Both the position numbers and the translations under genes were made by a program. From the NCBI GenBank assembly GCA_041651575.1, contig JBAZJB010000001.1, positions 74,430-138,429 of the forward strand: a stretch of DNA of 64,000 nucleotides, written 5' to 3'. The stretch comes from Candidatus Nanoarchaeia archaeon (lineage in GTDB: Archaea; Nanobdellota; Nanobdellia; SCGC-AAA011-G17; JAFCDX01). This document shows, piece by piece, positions 47,347-56,951 of the stretch. The notes beneath the pieces are model-generated. The model searched no databases. It was given only the letters and a program-made list of their open reading frames with translations, and had not been told where the DNA came from. The first letter of the stretch is position 1; the number at the start of each line of letters is the position of its first letter.

Positions 47347-47898
47347 ATGATGAGAGACAGTATATTTAATAAAGATTTTTTTGAAATATTAGGAACACAA
47401 CTAGTTTCTGTGATTGGTGGATTAATTGCAGGAACAATGTTAGCAATATATACTGATAAGGTTTTTTTAATTCCAGGTATGTTAATTCTTATACCAGGTT
47501 TACTAGAAATGAGAAATAGTATAGATGGTTCATTTGCTTCTAGATTAAGTGCAGGATTATTTTTACATGTAATAAATCCTAAGCATACAAAAACAAAAAT
47601 AATAAAAGGAAATTTAGTTGCAGCATTTTCTCTTGGAATTGTCGTTTCATTAGTTCTTGGTTTGGTTGCATTCGGATTTAATTATTTCATATTAAACTTA
47701 TTTATGCCAAAAATAATTTTGATACCTCTTATTGCAGGGATTTTTGCAAATTTAATCGAATTACCTTTAACTTTGTTTACCACTTTGGCTTTATTTAAAA
47801 GAGGATATGATCCAAATAACATAATGGGGCCTTTCATAACCTCAACAGGAGATATAATAAGCGTTATTTCGTTGCTTGTTACATTATTCATACTATGA
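47347..47898 (+). CDS. MgtE/SLC41-like divalent cation transporter TM-domain protein (half 1)
   Basis: 5-TM unit with 'PFITSTGDIISVISLL'. ATGA overlap with the next gene. Confidence 0.45.
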   Translation: MMRDSIFNKDFFEILGTQLVSVIGGLIAGTMLAIYTDKVFLIPGMLILIPGLLEMRNSIDGSFASRLSAGLFLHVINPKHTKTKIIKGNLVAAFSLGIVVSLVLGLVAFGFNYFILNLFMPKIILIPLIAGIFANLIELPLTLFTTLALFKRGYDPNNIMGPFITSTGDIISVISLLVTLFIL

Positions 47899-48608
47899 TT
47901 AATCACACAAAAAATCACAAATTGAAAAGAGAACTAAAGAAATTAATAAAAATTAAAAGACATAAACATCATCCTTTATTGCATCGCATTCATAAAAAGC
48001 ATGGAATATCCCATAAAACTCTTTTTTATATTAAAGAATATGGAGCTCATTCGCATGTCATTAATGTAATTATGAAAGAAAGCATTTTGATTCTTATTTT
48101 AGCAACTTTGATGAGTGCGTTTGGTGGAATTGCTTTAGAAAAGATGAAAGAAATTTTTCTAATTATAATTCCTTTTGTGATATTATACCCTACTCTAAAT
48201 GGAATGATTGGCAGTTATGGTTCAATTATTTCGTCTAAATTTGGAACTATGCTTCATCAAGGAAAAGTAAAAGATGGTTGGTGGACAAATAAAGAACTTA
48301 GAAAATTATATTATCAACTAATTACTATTGCCTTAGGAACAGGAATCCTTAGTTCAACCGTTGCAATAATTATAGCTTATTTTTCAAAATATGTTATTAC
48401 TTCTATAATTATATTAAAAATATATGGAATTGTTTTATTAGATGTTTTTATTTTAGTAAATATTTTATTTACAATTTCAATATATGCAGGAAGATATTAT
48501 TTTAAACATCAAGAAGATCCTAATAATTTTTTAGTGCCTTTAGCAACAGCAATAGCTGATTTAGGAAATGGGCTTATTTTAGCTGGACTTATATTTTTAT
48601 TATTCTGA
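47895..48608 (+). CDS. MgtE/SLC41-like divalent cation transporter TM-domain protein (half 2)
   Basis: 'PLATAIADLGNGLILAGL' resembles the conserved D..GN motif of the MgtE pore. Confidence 0.45.
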   Translation: MINHTKNHKLKRELKKLIKIKRHKHHPLLHRIHKKHGISHKTLFYIKEYGAHSHVINVIMKESILILILATLMSAFGGIALEKMKEIFLIIIPFVILYPTLNGMIGSYGSIISSKFGTMLHQGKVKDGWWTNKELRKLYYQLITIALGTGILSSTVAIIIAYFSKYVITSIIILKIYGIVLLDVFILVNILFTISIYAGRYYFKHQEDPNNFLVPLATAIADLGNGLILAGLIFLLF

Positions 48609-49064
48609 TTTATTTATAGGGAATGTTTTTTCAACAAACCTCTTTATAATTTCTTTTGCAGTTTCTAGAGACTTATAAGCGTGGCATTCGTAAGGAGTCT
48701 TTATAAATTTAGATCCTTGTTTTCCAAGAGTATATGCAGAAACTTGTTCTTCTAATCCTTCTTTGAATAAACATAAAATGGGTTTGCCTAAGCTTACTAG
48801 ATCAGATATTTCTCCACCAACACCTAAGCTAGGATTACTTATCTCGAAAATTCCACAATCTGCTCCTAAAATCCAGTTGTAATCTCTATCATGAATATCG
48901 GTATTTGTTAATTTAGCTTCACTTTTTTGCCAATCCCCTGTTTGATGCCTTGACATTAATAGATAACCTAATTCTTCAATAATATCTGGAAGTTTGGCTA
49001 ACTCTGTTTTATCTACTACGCCATATCCTCCACGCATTGAACATCCAAAAAATACTTTTACCAT
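48600..49064 (-). CDS. 2'-deoxynucleoside 5'-phosphate N-hydrolase (DNPH1/Rcl-like; nucleoside 2-deoxyribosyltransferase superfamily)
   Basis: 'KVFFGCSMRGG' and 'NPSLGVGGEISDLVSLGKPILCLF' resemble the 'YFCGSIRGG…QPSLGVGYELG…ILCLF' pattern as I recall it for DNPH1/Rcl. Confidence 0.6.
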   Translation of the reverse strand: MVKVFFGCSMRGGYGVVDKTELAKLPDIIEELGYLLMSRHQTGDWQKSEAKLTNTDIHDRDYNWILGADCGIFEISNPSLGVGGEISDLVSLGKPILCLFKEGLEEQVSAYTLGKQGSKFIKTPYECHAYKSLETAKEIIKRFVEKTFPINKSE

Positions 49065-49082
49065 AAAAATTAAATTGCCTCT

Positions 49083-49111
49083 TTATTTATAAACCTTTCT
49101 TTTGTTATCAC
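49083..49111 (-). promoter_or_regulatory. BRE/TATA promoter with GTGATAACAAA upstream element (variant of the 24679 and 36198 element)
   Basis: TATA at 49087-49094, 23-30 nt upstream of the ATG at 49064. Confidence 0.45.
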
Positions 49112-49402
49112 TTTAAAGAAGTTATTATAACTCTAACCTATTTTATCTTAGGTTTGATTTTTGTAGTAATTGGTTTAAAGATTACTCGTAAAGTTAACAA
49201 GAATTAATTATTCTGATTTTGTATTAGAATTTCCTATGTTTGTGGTTCTAAACTTTCCACCGTGTTTGTAAGGATTGTACCTTCTTTTATTTCTTTTTTC
49301 TTTTCTTGATTTTCTATAGCTTGCACATTCAAAATCTGACATATTTTTACTAATGTTTTCTAATATATAAAATTATTTAAATTAAAAGATTAAGTTAATG
49401 GT

Positions 49403-50386
49403 ATGAGAAATAAAACTCTGATGAAACTTGTGTTGTTTGCTTTTTTAATAGGAGCAGGTTTAATTGGTTATAGTCAGAAGAATATTTCTCCTATGGCTGT
49501 TCTTGAGCAACCAAAAATAATACAGGAAAATTACAAATATATGCAAGTTTATTTTTGTGAAACTGATGATTGTGGTAAAATTCAAGCAGATTTAATAAAA
49601 AACACAGAAAATCCGGATTGTGCCTTTTATGATATTGATTTGGAAAATATGGTTAGTGAATTATCTAAGAAAAATTATAGATTAGTTACAAATGATCATA
49701 GTAAGATTAGTTTAGAACACAAATTTGATACTAATAAAGCTTTAATGCATGACAAATTTTGTATTTATTCAAATAATACCTTTTCTTCAGGTTCTTTTAA
49801 TCCGAAAGAAGCTAGTTTGTTTAAAGATTATAATAATTTAATAGTAATTCAATCAGATTATCTATCTCAGAATTATAGAGATGAATTTGAAGAGTTATTT
49901 TCTGGAATATTTGGTTCTGGAGCTAAAGTAAGATATCCAAAAGTACAATATGGAGATATTTTAATAGAAAATTACTTTTGCCCGGAGGATTCTTGCCAAA
50001 AACACGTTTTAGAACAAATGGATAAAGCAAATTCTAGTATTTATGGATTATTATTTTCCTTTACAGATAGTTATATTGCAGAAAAATTAGTTGAAAAGAA
50101 AAATCTCGATATTAAATTGGTTGTTGAGAAACAAAGGATGAATATGCAATATGAAAAGTACAAATTCTTGAAAGAAAATGGAATAAATATAAAAACAGAT
50201 TCAAATCCTTATTTACTTCATGATAAAGTATGGATAATTGATAGAAAAATTGTAATAACAGGAAGTTATAATCCAACTGCTTCTGGAAATACTAAGAACG
50301 ATGAAAATATATTAATAATTCATTCTTCAGAATTAGCTGAAAAATTATTAAAAAGATTTGATTCTATTTATTCTAGTGCAAATTAG
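49403..50386 (+). CDS. Secreted phospholipase D-superfamily protein (Nuc-like nuclease / two HKD motifs)
   Basis: Signal/TM 'MRNKTLMKLVLFAFLIGAGLIG'. 'HDKFCIYSNNTFSSGSFN' and 'HDKVWIIDRKIVITGSYNPT' (HxKx4Dx6GSxN). Confidence 0.6.
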   Translation: MRNKTLMKLVLFAFLIGAGLIGYSQKNISPMAVLEQPKIIQENYKYMQVYFCETDDCGKIQADLIKNTENPDCAFYDIDLENMVSELSKKNYRLVTNDHSKISLEHKFDTNKALMHDKFCIYSNNTFSSGSFNPKEASLFKDYNNLIVIQSDYLSQNYRDEFEELFSGIFGSGAKVRYPKVQYGDILIENYFCPEDSCQKHVLEQMDKANSSIYGLLFSFTDSYIAEKLVEKKNLDIKLVVEKQRMNMQYEKYKFLKENGINIKTDSNPYLLHDKVWIIDRKIVITGSYNPTASGNTKNDENILIIHSSELAEKLLKRFDSIYSSAN

Positions 50387-50417
50387 AGTTTTATACCTTT
50401 TAAATACGATATAAAAA

Positions 50418-50426
50418 TATTTATAA
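50418..50426 (+). promoter_or_regulatory. TATA box (ATTTATAAA) about 25 nt upstream of the giant surface protein gene
   Basis: Spacing consistent with a leaderless archaeal transcript. Confidence 0.4.
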
Positions 50427-50449
50427 ACGCGTATACTACACTATTTATT

Positions 50450-53400
50450 ATGCATAAAAAGAGGGTAAGAGATACTTTTTACTTTTATACTTCTAAAAGA
50501 GAAAAAGGAAAAGTCAAAAGCGTTTACTTAGGTACTAATTTCTTATCTGCAAAGAAAAGAGAACTAGAGTTACAATTTAATAAGTTTAGTATACTACAAA
50601 CAAAATATGTATTAATGCTTTTAATTTTAGTACTTTTATTATCTGGATTTTATTTTATGGGAAATTATACTGGATTATTTATTTCTAATGAAACAGGAGA
50701 AACTTTTGTAAATGAAACTGAAGGTATTACTTTAACTGAACCTTCAAATGTTTCTGAAACCATAGCAGAAACTAATATAACAGAAATACCTGAAGAAATA
50801 ATTCTTGTAGAAGAGATTATAATCCCAGAAGAAGAACCAGAAGAAAGTTTTACCTTACAAGATTTAATTTTAAATAGGGGCAATGGACTACAAACTAATT
50901 TTACAGGAATAACTCCTGCAAATAATTCAATTCAATCAAACACAAATATATTTGTGAATGTTTCAAGCAGTGATGATGGAGATCATTATACTTTTTTGGA
51001 TTTTGATAGAGATTTGGCTTTATGGATGACAATGGATGATGTAAATGCTTCAACAGAGCCAACTGATTTATCAATATATAGCAACAATGGAAGCAGACAA
51101 GGAAACGCAGCACAATCTGCTTCTGGACATTTTGGAAAATCATTTAGTTTTGATGGTACTGGAGATTTTGTTGCTATAAAAAATGCAAATATTCTTAATC
51201 CGGCAGATAGATTAACTATTTCTGCTTGGATATATGCAAATGAATGGGAAACAAACCGTTGGGAAGGAACAATTGTTGGAAAAGATGATTGGGCAGATGG
51301 AAATGCTAATGGTTATGTATTAAGAACAGGAGATAATGGTAGACTTTCTTTTGCATTTGGAAAGGGGGCAGCAGGATGGTCAGAAATACTTTCAGATCAA
51401 ATAATGGCCATAGGAACTTGGTATCATGTTGTTGTAGTATTAAACAATACAAATATGAGTTTATTCATAAATGGAACAATTAAAAAAAGTGCATCTTTAC
51501 CAAGTGTAACAACTATAAACCCCTCTTCATATGCTTTAGATATAGGTAGAAGTACTTTTGCTACAGATAGATTATTCAATGGATTGATAGATGAAGTTTT
51601 AATTTTTAATAGAAGTTTATCTGATCAGGAAGTTTATGCCTTGTTCAATGCTTCATCAAATAATTATTATAATAATTTTACTAATCTTATTCTAGGAACT
51701 CATACATTTACTGCTTATTCTGTTAATAGTTCTGGAGTAAAAAATCAAACAGAACAAAGAATTGTAAGAATTATAGAAGAAGCAAATAGGCCTGCAATAG
51801 ATTTTGTTGATCCTACTCCAGGAAATGGAGCAAATACTTCAAACACTTCTGTTGAGATTAATGTTTCAATAGCTGAACAGAATTTAAATTCTTTAATTTA
51901 TAATTGGAATGGAACTAATTTTACTCTCTATGATAATACTTTGGTTCTAAGATATAATTTTGATAATAGAAGTGTATTAGGAGAAAATTCAACTTATGTT
52001 ATGGATATGAGCAATTATAGTAGCAATGGTAGTTTAATTGGTCCTCCAAATTTTATTACAGCTGGACGTTATGGTTTAGGATTAAACTTTTCTGGAAATG
52101 CTCAATATATTAATATAACTGATAACCCTAGAATAGATGTTACCAATAATTTTACATATTCTGCATGGATTAATCCTGTAGGTTATAATGCTTGTCAAGG
52201 AATTATTAGTAAATATCATGTAGGTTGGGGAAATGGGCCTACCTTTAGATTAAAATGTGCTGAACCTTATAATACAATTGATTTTAATGAATTAGTTTCA
52301 ACAAAAGTTATTGATTTGAATACTTGGACTCATGTTGTTGGAATTATTAAAGATGGAGTGGCATATGTTTATGTAAATGGAGTGTTAGATGCTTCTGGAG
52401 CTCCAGGATATGCCGTTTTAGATAATGCTCAACCATTAATGATAGGAGTAGATTTCTTTGTTAGTCCAAGATATTGGAATGGTTCTCTTGATGAGATAAA
52501 AATATGGAATAGAAGTTTAACTGCAGAAGAAGTTTATCAAGATTATGTTTCAAATTTATACAAATTTAATTCTACACAATGGTATTTTTATATAAATCAA
52601 TCACAGAATGCTACAACTAATTTAGGTTATGGAAATTATACTTATCAAGTTTTTGCAGAGGATAAATTTACACTTTCAAATCAAACAGGACAAAAATTAA
52701 TTAATCTAAATAATAATATCCCTACTTTTTTTAATATAACTTTTTTTGATAATGTAACAACTAGTTCATATGGAAAAGCAAAACAATTTAATGGTTCTGT
52801 GGCTATTGGGGATTTAGATTCTGGACAAAAATTAAATATTTCCTTTTTTTGGTATGAACAAGATTCTATAATCATCTCTAATAATACTGCAGGTTCTAAT
52901 ATGAGTAATATTACTAATGGAATAAATGGAACGATGTATTACACAACACAAAATTTAACTGCATTAAATTACAAGCTGGGTTATAATTACTCTTTAGGAA
53001 TTTACGTTTGTGATGGATTTGGATGTAATCAATCCAATTCAACTAGATTATTCATTAATAATACATTGCCTTTCTTTAGAAATATTACTTTATATGATAA
53101 TGTAACAACCACTTCTATAGGGAAGGGTTATTCATTTAATGCTTCAACTTTTATAGAAGATGCTGATAATGATAAATTAAACATTTCATTTTACTGGTTA
53201 AAAATAAATCCATATTCTATAATAAAAACTTCAACAAATAATGCAAATCAAAACATTACTAATGGAAATAATGGAACAGAATATTATTCTAGTATTAATT
53301 TAACTTATTCTGATTATGAATTAGGATTTAATTATACTTTTTTAGTTCAGGTTTGTGACAATTTATATTGTAATACTAGTAATTGGTCAACAAGTATATT

Positions 53401-55093
53401 ATTTATTAACAATTCTATGCCTACAAATGTTTCCTTATTTACTCCAAATAATGATTCAATAACAGGAACTAATAATACCAATTATAGTTGGTATAGTTCT
53501 GTAGATTTAGATGAAGATATACTAAATTATATCTTAGAAATTGATGATGATATTAATTTTGAATCTATAGATTATTATTCAGATTATATCGGTAATTCAA
53601 CTATAATAAGTAATAAATCTCAACAATTAACAGATGGAGTGTATTATTGGAGAATTATTACTACAGATAATTATTCTAATTCAACAGTATCAGATATAAG
53701 AAAATTAACTATAGATACAACAAGTCCTAATTTAACTATATTATACCCTATGAATAATTCAGGATTTTATGGTAATGTTACTATAAATCTAAATATAACA
53801 GATAGGAATAATATAACTAATTGTACTTTAAATTTAAACAATCTATTAAATATAACAGAAATATCAATAATAAAAAACATTACAACCAATATTTCATTAT
53901 ACAATCTAAATATATCTAAATATAATTATACTATAAATTGTACAGATGTAGCAAATAATACTATTTTAAGTGAATTAAGACAATTTTCAATAATCTATAC
54001 AACCTCTTTTTCTGGTGAGACCACTAATATGAGTGCTGTTAATGTATCAAATATATCAGATTTGACAGTAGAAACTTCTTCTAAAGGAAAATTAGTCTTT
54101 AAAGAAAATATAGATTTAAGCAATGGAACAGATTTAAGTTCTTACATAACCATTTCTTCAAATTACATAGAAATTAATTCAACAGCCTATCCTGAATTAA
54201 ATAAATCTGCTAATATTACTTTATATGGAATTACCTATTCCAATCCAGAACCATTAAGAAATGGTTTGACTTGTCCAACAACAATTTGTCAAGAAATAAG
54301 TTATTCTGGAAACGTATTTGTATTTAATGTAACTCAATTTACAAGTTATTCTGCAGGAGAAACCGCAGTGTCTGGTGGACCTGGTGGCGGAGCAGCAGGT
54401 GGTGGCGGAGGCGGTGGAGCTGTAAAAGAAAAAGTAACTTATGAATGTACTAAAAATAGTGATTGTTCAGAAGGGTATACTTGTTATGGAACTAAATGTG
54501 TAAAATTATTCGACGTAAAGATATTAGAAATTCAATCTCCAATTACTTCAACAGGATTCTTTGATTTAACTTATTATATAAAAGGAATGGCAAATATTAA
54601 TGGAGATGTAATTATAAAATTTTATCTAGATAAAAATGGAAATATAACAGAACTTGGAAAAGATACAGTTTACTTTGGAAACTTTGAAGAAAAAACAGAA
54701 AAAACAAAGTTATTCTTACCAAGTTATCTAGAAGGAGTATACGACTTTAATGTAGAAGCACAATTTGAAGATTATTCTGCTAGCTCTTTCAGAAAGATAG
54801 AAATAATAAAGAAAGAAAATAAAACAGAAATTCTAGAAAATGGAAAACCAATAGAAATGTCTAGTTATGAATACTTTAGATATTCTGTCTGGCCTATACT
54901 AAAAATAATAATATATACATTAATTATTATTGCAATAGTTTTCCTTGGAATAAAATTACTAACTAAAAAAAGAATTAAAAACATAAAGAAAAAGTTCTTA
55001 AAAAGATTACATAGAAAATACAATAAAAAATTAAAAGTGTTTAAAAAGAAATTAAAACGCTTAATAACCAAGTATATAACTTCTAAACTCTAA
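50450..55093 (+). CDS. Giant (1547 aa) cell-surface protein with two LamG/concanavalin-A-like lectin domains, tandem Asn-rich modules, Gly linker, C-terminal TM anchor and Lys-rich tail
   Basis: LamG_3-like blocks ('LTISAWIYANEW…GLIDEVLIFNRSLSDQEVYALF' and 'FTYSAWINPVGY…GSLDEIKIWNRSLTAEEVYQDY'). Two roughly 115-aa repeated modules. 'GGPGGGAAGGGGGGGA' linker. TM 'ILKIIIYTLIIIAIVFLGIKLL' followed by a K-rich tail. Very dense N-x-S/T sequons. Confidence 0.6.
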   Translation: MHKKRVRDTFYFYTSKREKGKVKSVYLGTNFLSAKKRELELQFNKFSILQTKYVLMLLILVLLLSGFYFMGNYTGLFISNETGETFVNETEGITLTEPSNVSETIAETNITEIPEEIILVEEIIIPEEEPEESFTLQDLILNRGNGLQTNFTGITPANNSIQSNTNIFVNVSSSDDGDHYTFLDFDRDLALWMTMDDVNASTEPTDLSIYSNNGSRQGNAAQSASGHFGKSFSFDGTGDFVAIKNANILNPADRLTISAWIYANEWETNRWEGTIVGKDDWADGNANGYVLRTGDNGRLSFAFGKGAAGWSEILSDQIMAIGTWYHVVVVLNNTNMSLFINGTIKKSASLPSVTTINPSSYALDIGRSTFATDRLFNGLIDEVLIFNRSLSDQEVYALFNASSNNYYNNFTNLILGTHTFTAYSVNSSGVKNQTEQRIVRIIEEANRPAIDFVDPTPGNGANTSNTSVEINVSIAEQNLNSLIYNWNGTNFTLYDNTLVLRYNFDNRSVLGENSTYVMDMSNYSSNGSLIGPPNFITAGRYGLGLNFSGNAQYINITDNPRIDVTNNFTYSAWINPVGYNACQGIISKYHVGWGNGPTFRLKCAEPYNTIDFNELVSTKVIDLNTWTHVVGIIKDGVAYVYVNGVLDASGAPGYAVLDNAQPLMIGVDFFVSPRYWNGSLDEIKIWNRSLTAEEVYQDYVSNLYKFNSTQWYFYINQSQNATTNLGYGNYTYQVFAEDKFTLSNQTGQKLINLNNNIPTFFNITFFDNVTTSSYGKAKQFNGSVAIGDLDSGQKLNISFFWYEQDSIIISNNTAGSNMSNITNGINGTMYYTTQNLTALNYKLGYNYSLGIYVCDGFGCNQSNSTRLFINNTLPFFRNITLYDNVTTTSIGKGYSFNASTFIEDADNDKLNISFYWLKINPYSIIKTSTNNANQNITNGNNGTEYYSSINLTYSDYELGFNYTFLVQVCDNLYCNTSNWSTSILFINNSMPTNVSLFTPNNDSITGTNNTNYSWYSSVDLDEDILNYILEIDDDINFESIDYYSDYIGNSTIISNKSQQLTDGVYYWRIITTDNYSNSTVSDIRKLTIDTTSPNLTILYPMNNSGFYGNVTINLNITDRNNITNCTLNLNNLLNITEISIIKNITTNISLYNLNISKYNYTINCTDVANNTILSELRQFSIIYTTSFSGETTNMSAVNVSNISDLTVETSSKGKLVFKENIDLSNGTDLSSYITISSNYIEINSTAYPELNKSANITLYGITYSNPEPLRNGLTCPTTICQEISYSGNVFVFNVTQFTSYSAGETAVSGGPGGGAAGGGGGGGAVKEKVTYECTKNSDCSEGYTCYGTKCVKLFDVKILEIQSPITSTGFFDLTYYIKGMANINGDVIIKFYLDKNGNITELGKDTVYFGNFEEKTEKTKLFLPSYLEGVYDFNVEAQFEDYSASSFRKIEIIKKENKTEILENGKPIEMSSYEYFRYSVWPILKIIIYTLIIIAIVFLGIKLLTKKRIKNIKKKFLKRLHRKYNKKLKVFKKKLKRLITKYITSKL

Positions 55094-55133
55094 AATCATA
55101 AACCTTTTAAATCCTAGATATTAAATACTATTA

Positions 55134-56951
55134 ATGTCAAAAGAAGTTTTATCAAAAGAGAAAAAGGCCTTATTATTTGGTAATGAGTCAGTTGTAAGAG
55201 CTTGTTTAGAGTCGGGTGTAGGCTTCTCGGCTTCATATCCAGGAACTCCTGCTTCTGAAATAGGTACTGTATTGGCAGAAGTATCAAAAGAAACAGGATT
55301 ATACTTTGAATGGTCTACTAATGAAAAAGTTGCTTTGGAAGCAGCAGCAGGTGCCGCATTTTCTGGAGTAAAATCAATAACTGCAATGAAACATTATGGT
55401 TTAAATGTAGTTTCAGATTCATTATTACCTTTAACATATTTAGAATGTCCTTTAGTAGTTGTTGTAGCAGATGATCCAGGATGTTTTAGTTCTATTGAAA
55501 CAGAACAAGATACAAGATGGTATTCTAAAATGGGTTATATTCCTATGTTAGAGCCAAGTTCTCCTGAAGAAACAATGGATGTAACAAAAAAAGCATTTGA
55601 AATTGCTTGGAAATATAAAATTCCAGTTATAATAAGATTAACAACAAGAGTTTGTTACACAAGATCAATAATTAATTTAAGTAAAATACCAAAAATAAAT
55701 TCTATTGGAAGATTTGAAAAACCAATAAATTATGAAGGTTCTTGCAGTCATACTGTTTTAGGTCATGAAAAATTATTAAATAAAATAGAATTATTAAAGA
55801 AATTATCTGAAAAATCTGAATTAAATTTTACTGAAGCAGGAACAGGAAATGTAGGAATTATTACTTCTGGTGTTTCTTACAGATATGTAAAAGAAGTTTT
55901 TGATGATTTAAAAATTAAATTGCCTTTATTAAAAATAGGTATGAGTTATCCTATGCCTGAAGAAAAAATAAAGAATTTCTGTAAAAAATTAAAAAAAGTT
56001 TTAATCGTTGAAGAAGTTGATCCTATAATTGAAAACGAAGTTAAATGTTTAACAAATAATTTAGAAGTTCATGGTAAAGATTTTTTATCTTCTGTTGGAG
56101 AATATAATACTGAAATTGTTTTAAGTGGAATATGTAAAATATTAAATAAAAAATTCCCAAAAGACATTGAAAATATAGGTAAACAATATAATAATACAGA
56201 AATAGAGCCAAGAATTCCATTTTTATGTGCAGGTTGTCCTCACAGATCTACATTTTATGCTATTAGAAAAGTAATTCCAGATGCTCCAAAATTAGGAGAT
56301 ATTGGTTGTTATTTATTAGGTTCTTGGAAACCAGAAAAAATAGAAGATATAATTGTAAGTATGGGTGCAGGAATAAGTTTAGCTCATGGAGTTTCAAAAT
56401 CTACAAATAAAAAAACAGTTGCTTTTATTGGAGATTCAACATTTTTCCATGCAGGTGTTCCAGCATTATTGAATTTAGTTTATAATAAATCAGATATTTT
56501 ACTAGTTATTTTAGATAATAGATGGACTGCAATGACTGGCCATCAACCTACATTAACAACAGGAAGAAATGCAACAGAAGAAGCAAAGATAATTGATATA
56601 GCAGAAATTGTTAAAGCTTGTCAAGTTGATAATTACGCAAGTGCAAATGTTTACAACATGAATGAATTATTAACTACTGTAAAAGATTTATATTCAAAAA
56701 AAGGAGTTTCTGTTTTGATTGCTAAAGGAGAATGTAAGTTAGCTTATTTGAGAAGATTAGCAAAAGAAAAGAAAAATTATTTCAAATTTGAAGTTTATCA
56801 ACAAAATTCAGACTTAAAAGAGCTTGATAATTTTAAATGTCCAGCAATATTCAAAGAAAATGGAAAATATTCAATCGATGCAAATTTATGTTGGGGTTGT
56901 ACTGTTTGTAAACAATTAGCACCTAGTTCAATAAAAATAAAAACACAATGA
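55134..56951 (+). CDS. iorA: Indolepyruvate:ferredoxin oxidoreductase subunit alpha
   Basis: N-terminus 'LLFGNESVVRACLESGVGFSASYPGTPASEI'. TPP-binding 'GDSTFFH' region. C-terminal Cys cluster 'CWGCTVC'. Confidence 0.7.
   Translation: MSKEVLSKEKKALLFGNESVVRACLESGVGFSASYPGTPASEIGTVLAEVSKETGLYFEWSTNEKVALEAAAGAAFSGVKSITAMKHYGLNVVSDSLLPLTYLECPLVVVVADDPGCFSSIETEQDTRWYSKMGYIPMLEPSSPEETMDVTKKAFEIAWKYKIPVIIRLTTRVCYTRSIINLSKIPKINSIGRFEKPINYEGSCSHTVLGHEKLLNKIELLKKLSEKSELNFTEAGTGNVGIITSGVSYRYVKEVFDDLKIKLPLLKIGMSYPMPEEKIKNFCKKLKKVLIVEEVDPIIENEVKCLTNNLEVHGKDFLSSVGEYNTEIVLSGICKILNKKFPKDIENIGKQYNNTEIEPRIPFLCAGCPHRSTFYAIRKVIPDAPKLGDIGCYLLGSWKPEKIEDIIVSMGAGISLAHGVSKSTNKKTVAFIGDSTFFHAGVPALLNLVYNKSDILLVILDNRWTAMTGHQPTLTTGRNATEEAKIIDIAEIVKACQVDNYASANVYNMNELLTTVKDLYSKKGVSVLIAKGECKLAYLRRLAKEKKNYFKFEVYQQNSDLKELDNFKCPAIFKENGKYSIDANLCWGCTVCKQLAPSSIKIKTQ

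Noticed and set aside
47347-48608. MgtE-like pair as a frameshifted pseudogene
   Set aside because: Each half is a complete 5-TM unit with its own start, and the ATGA overlap is typical of translational coupling. A two-subunit channel is plausible, so I kept them as separate CDSs and raised the question as a finding.
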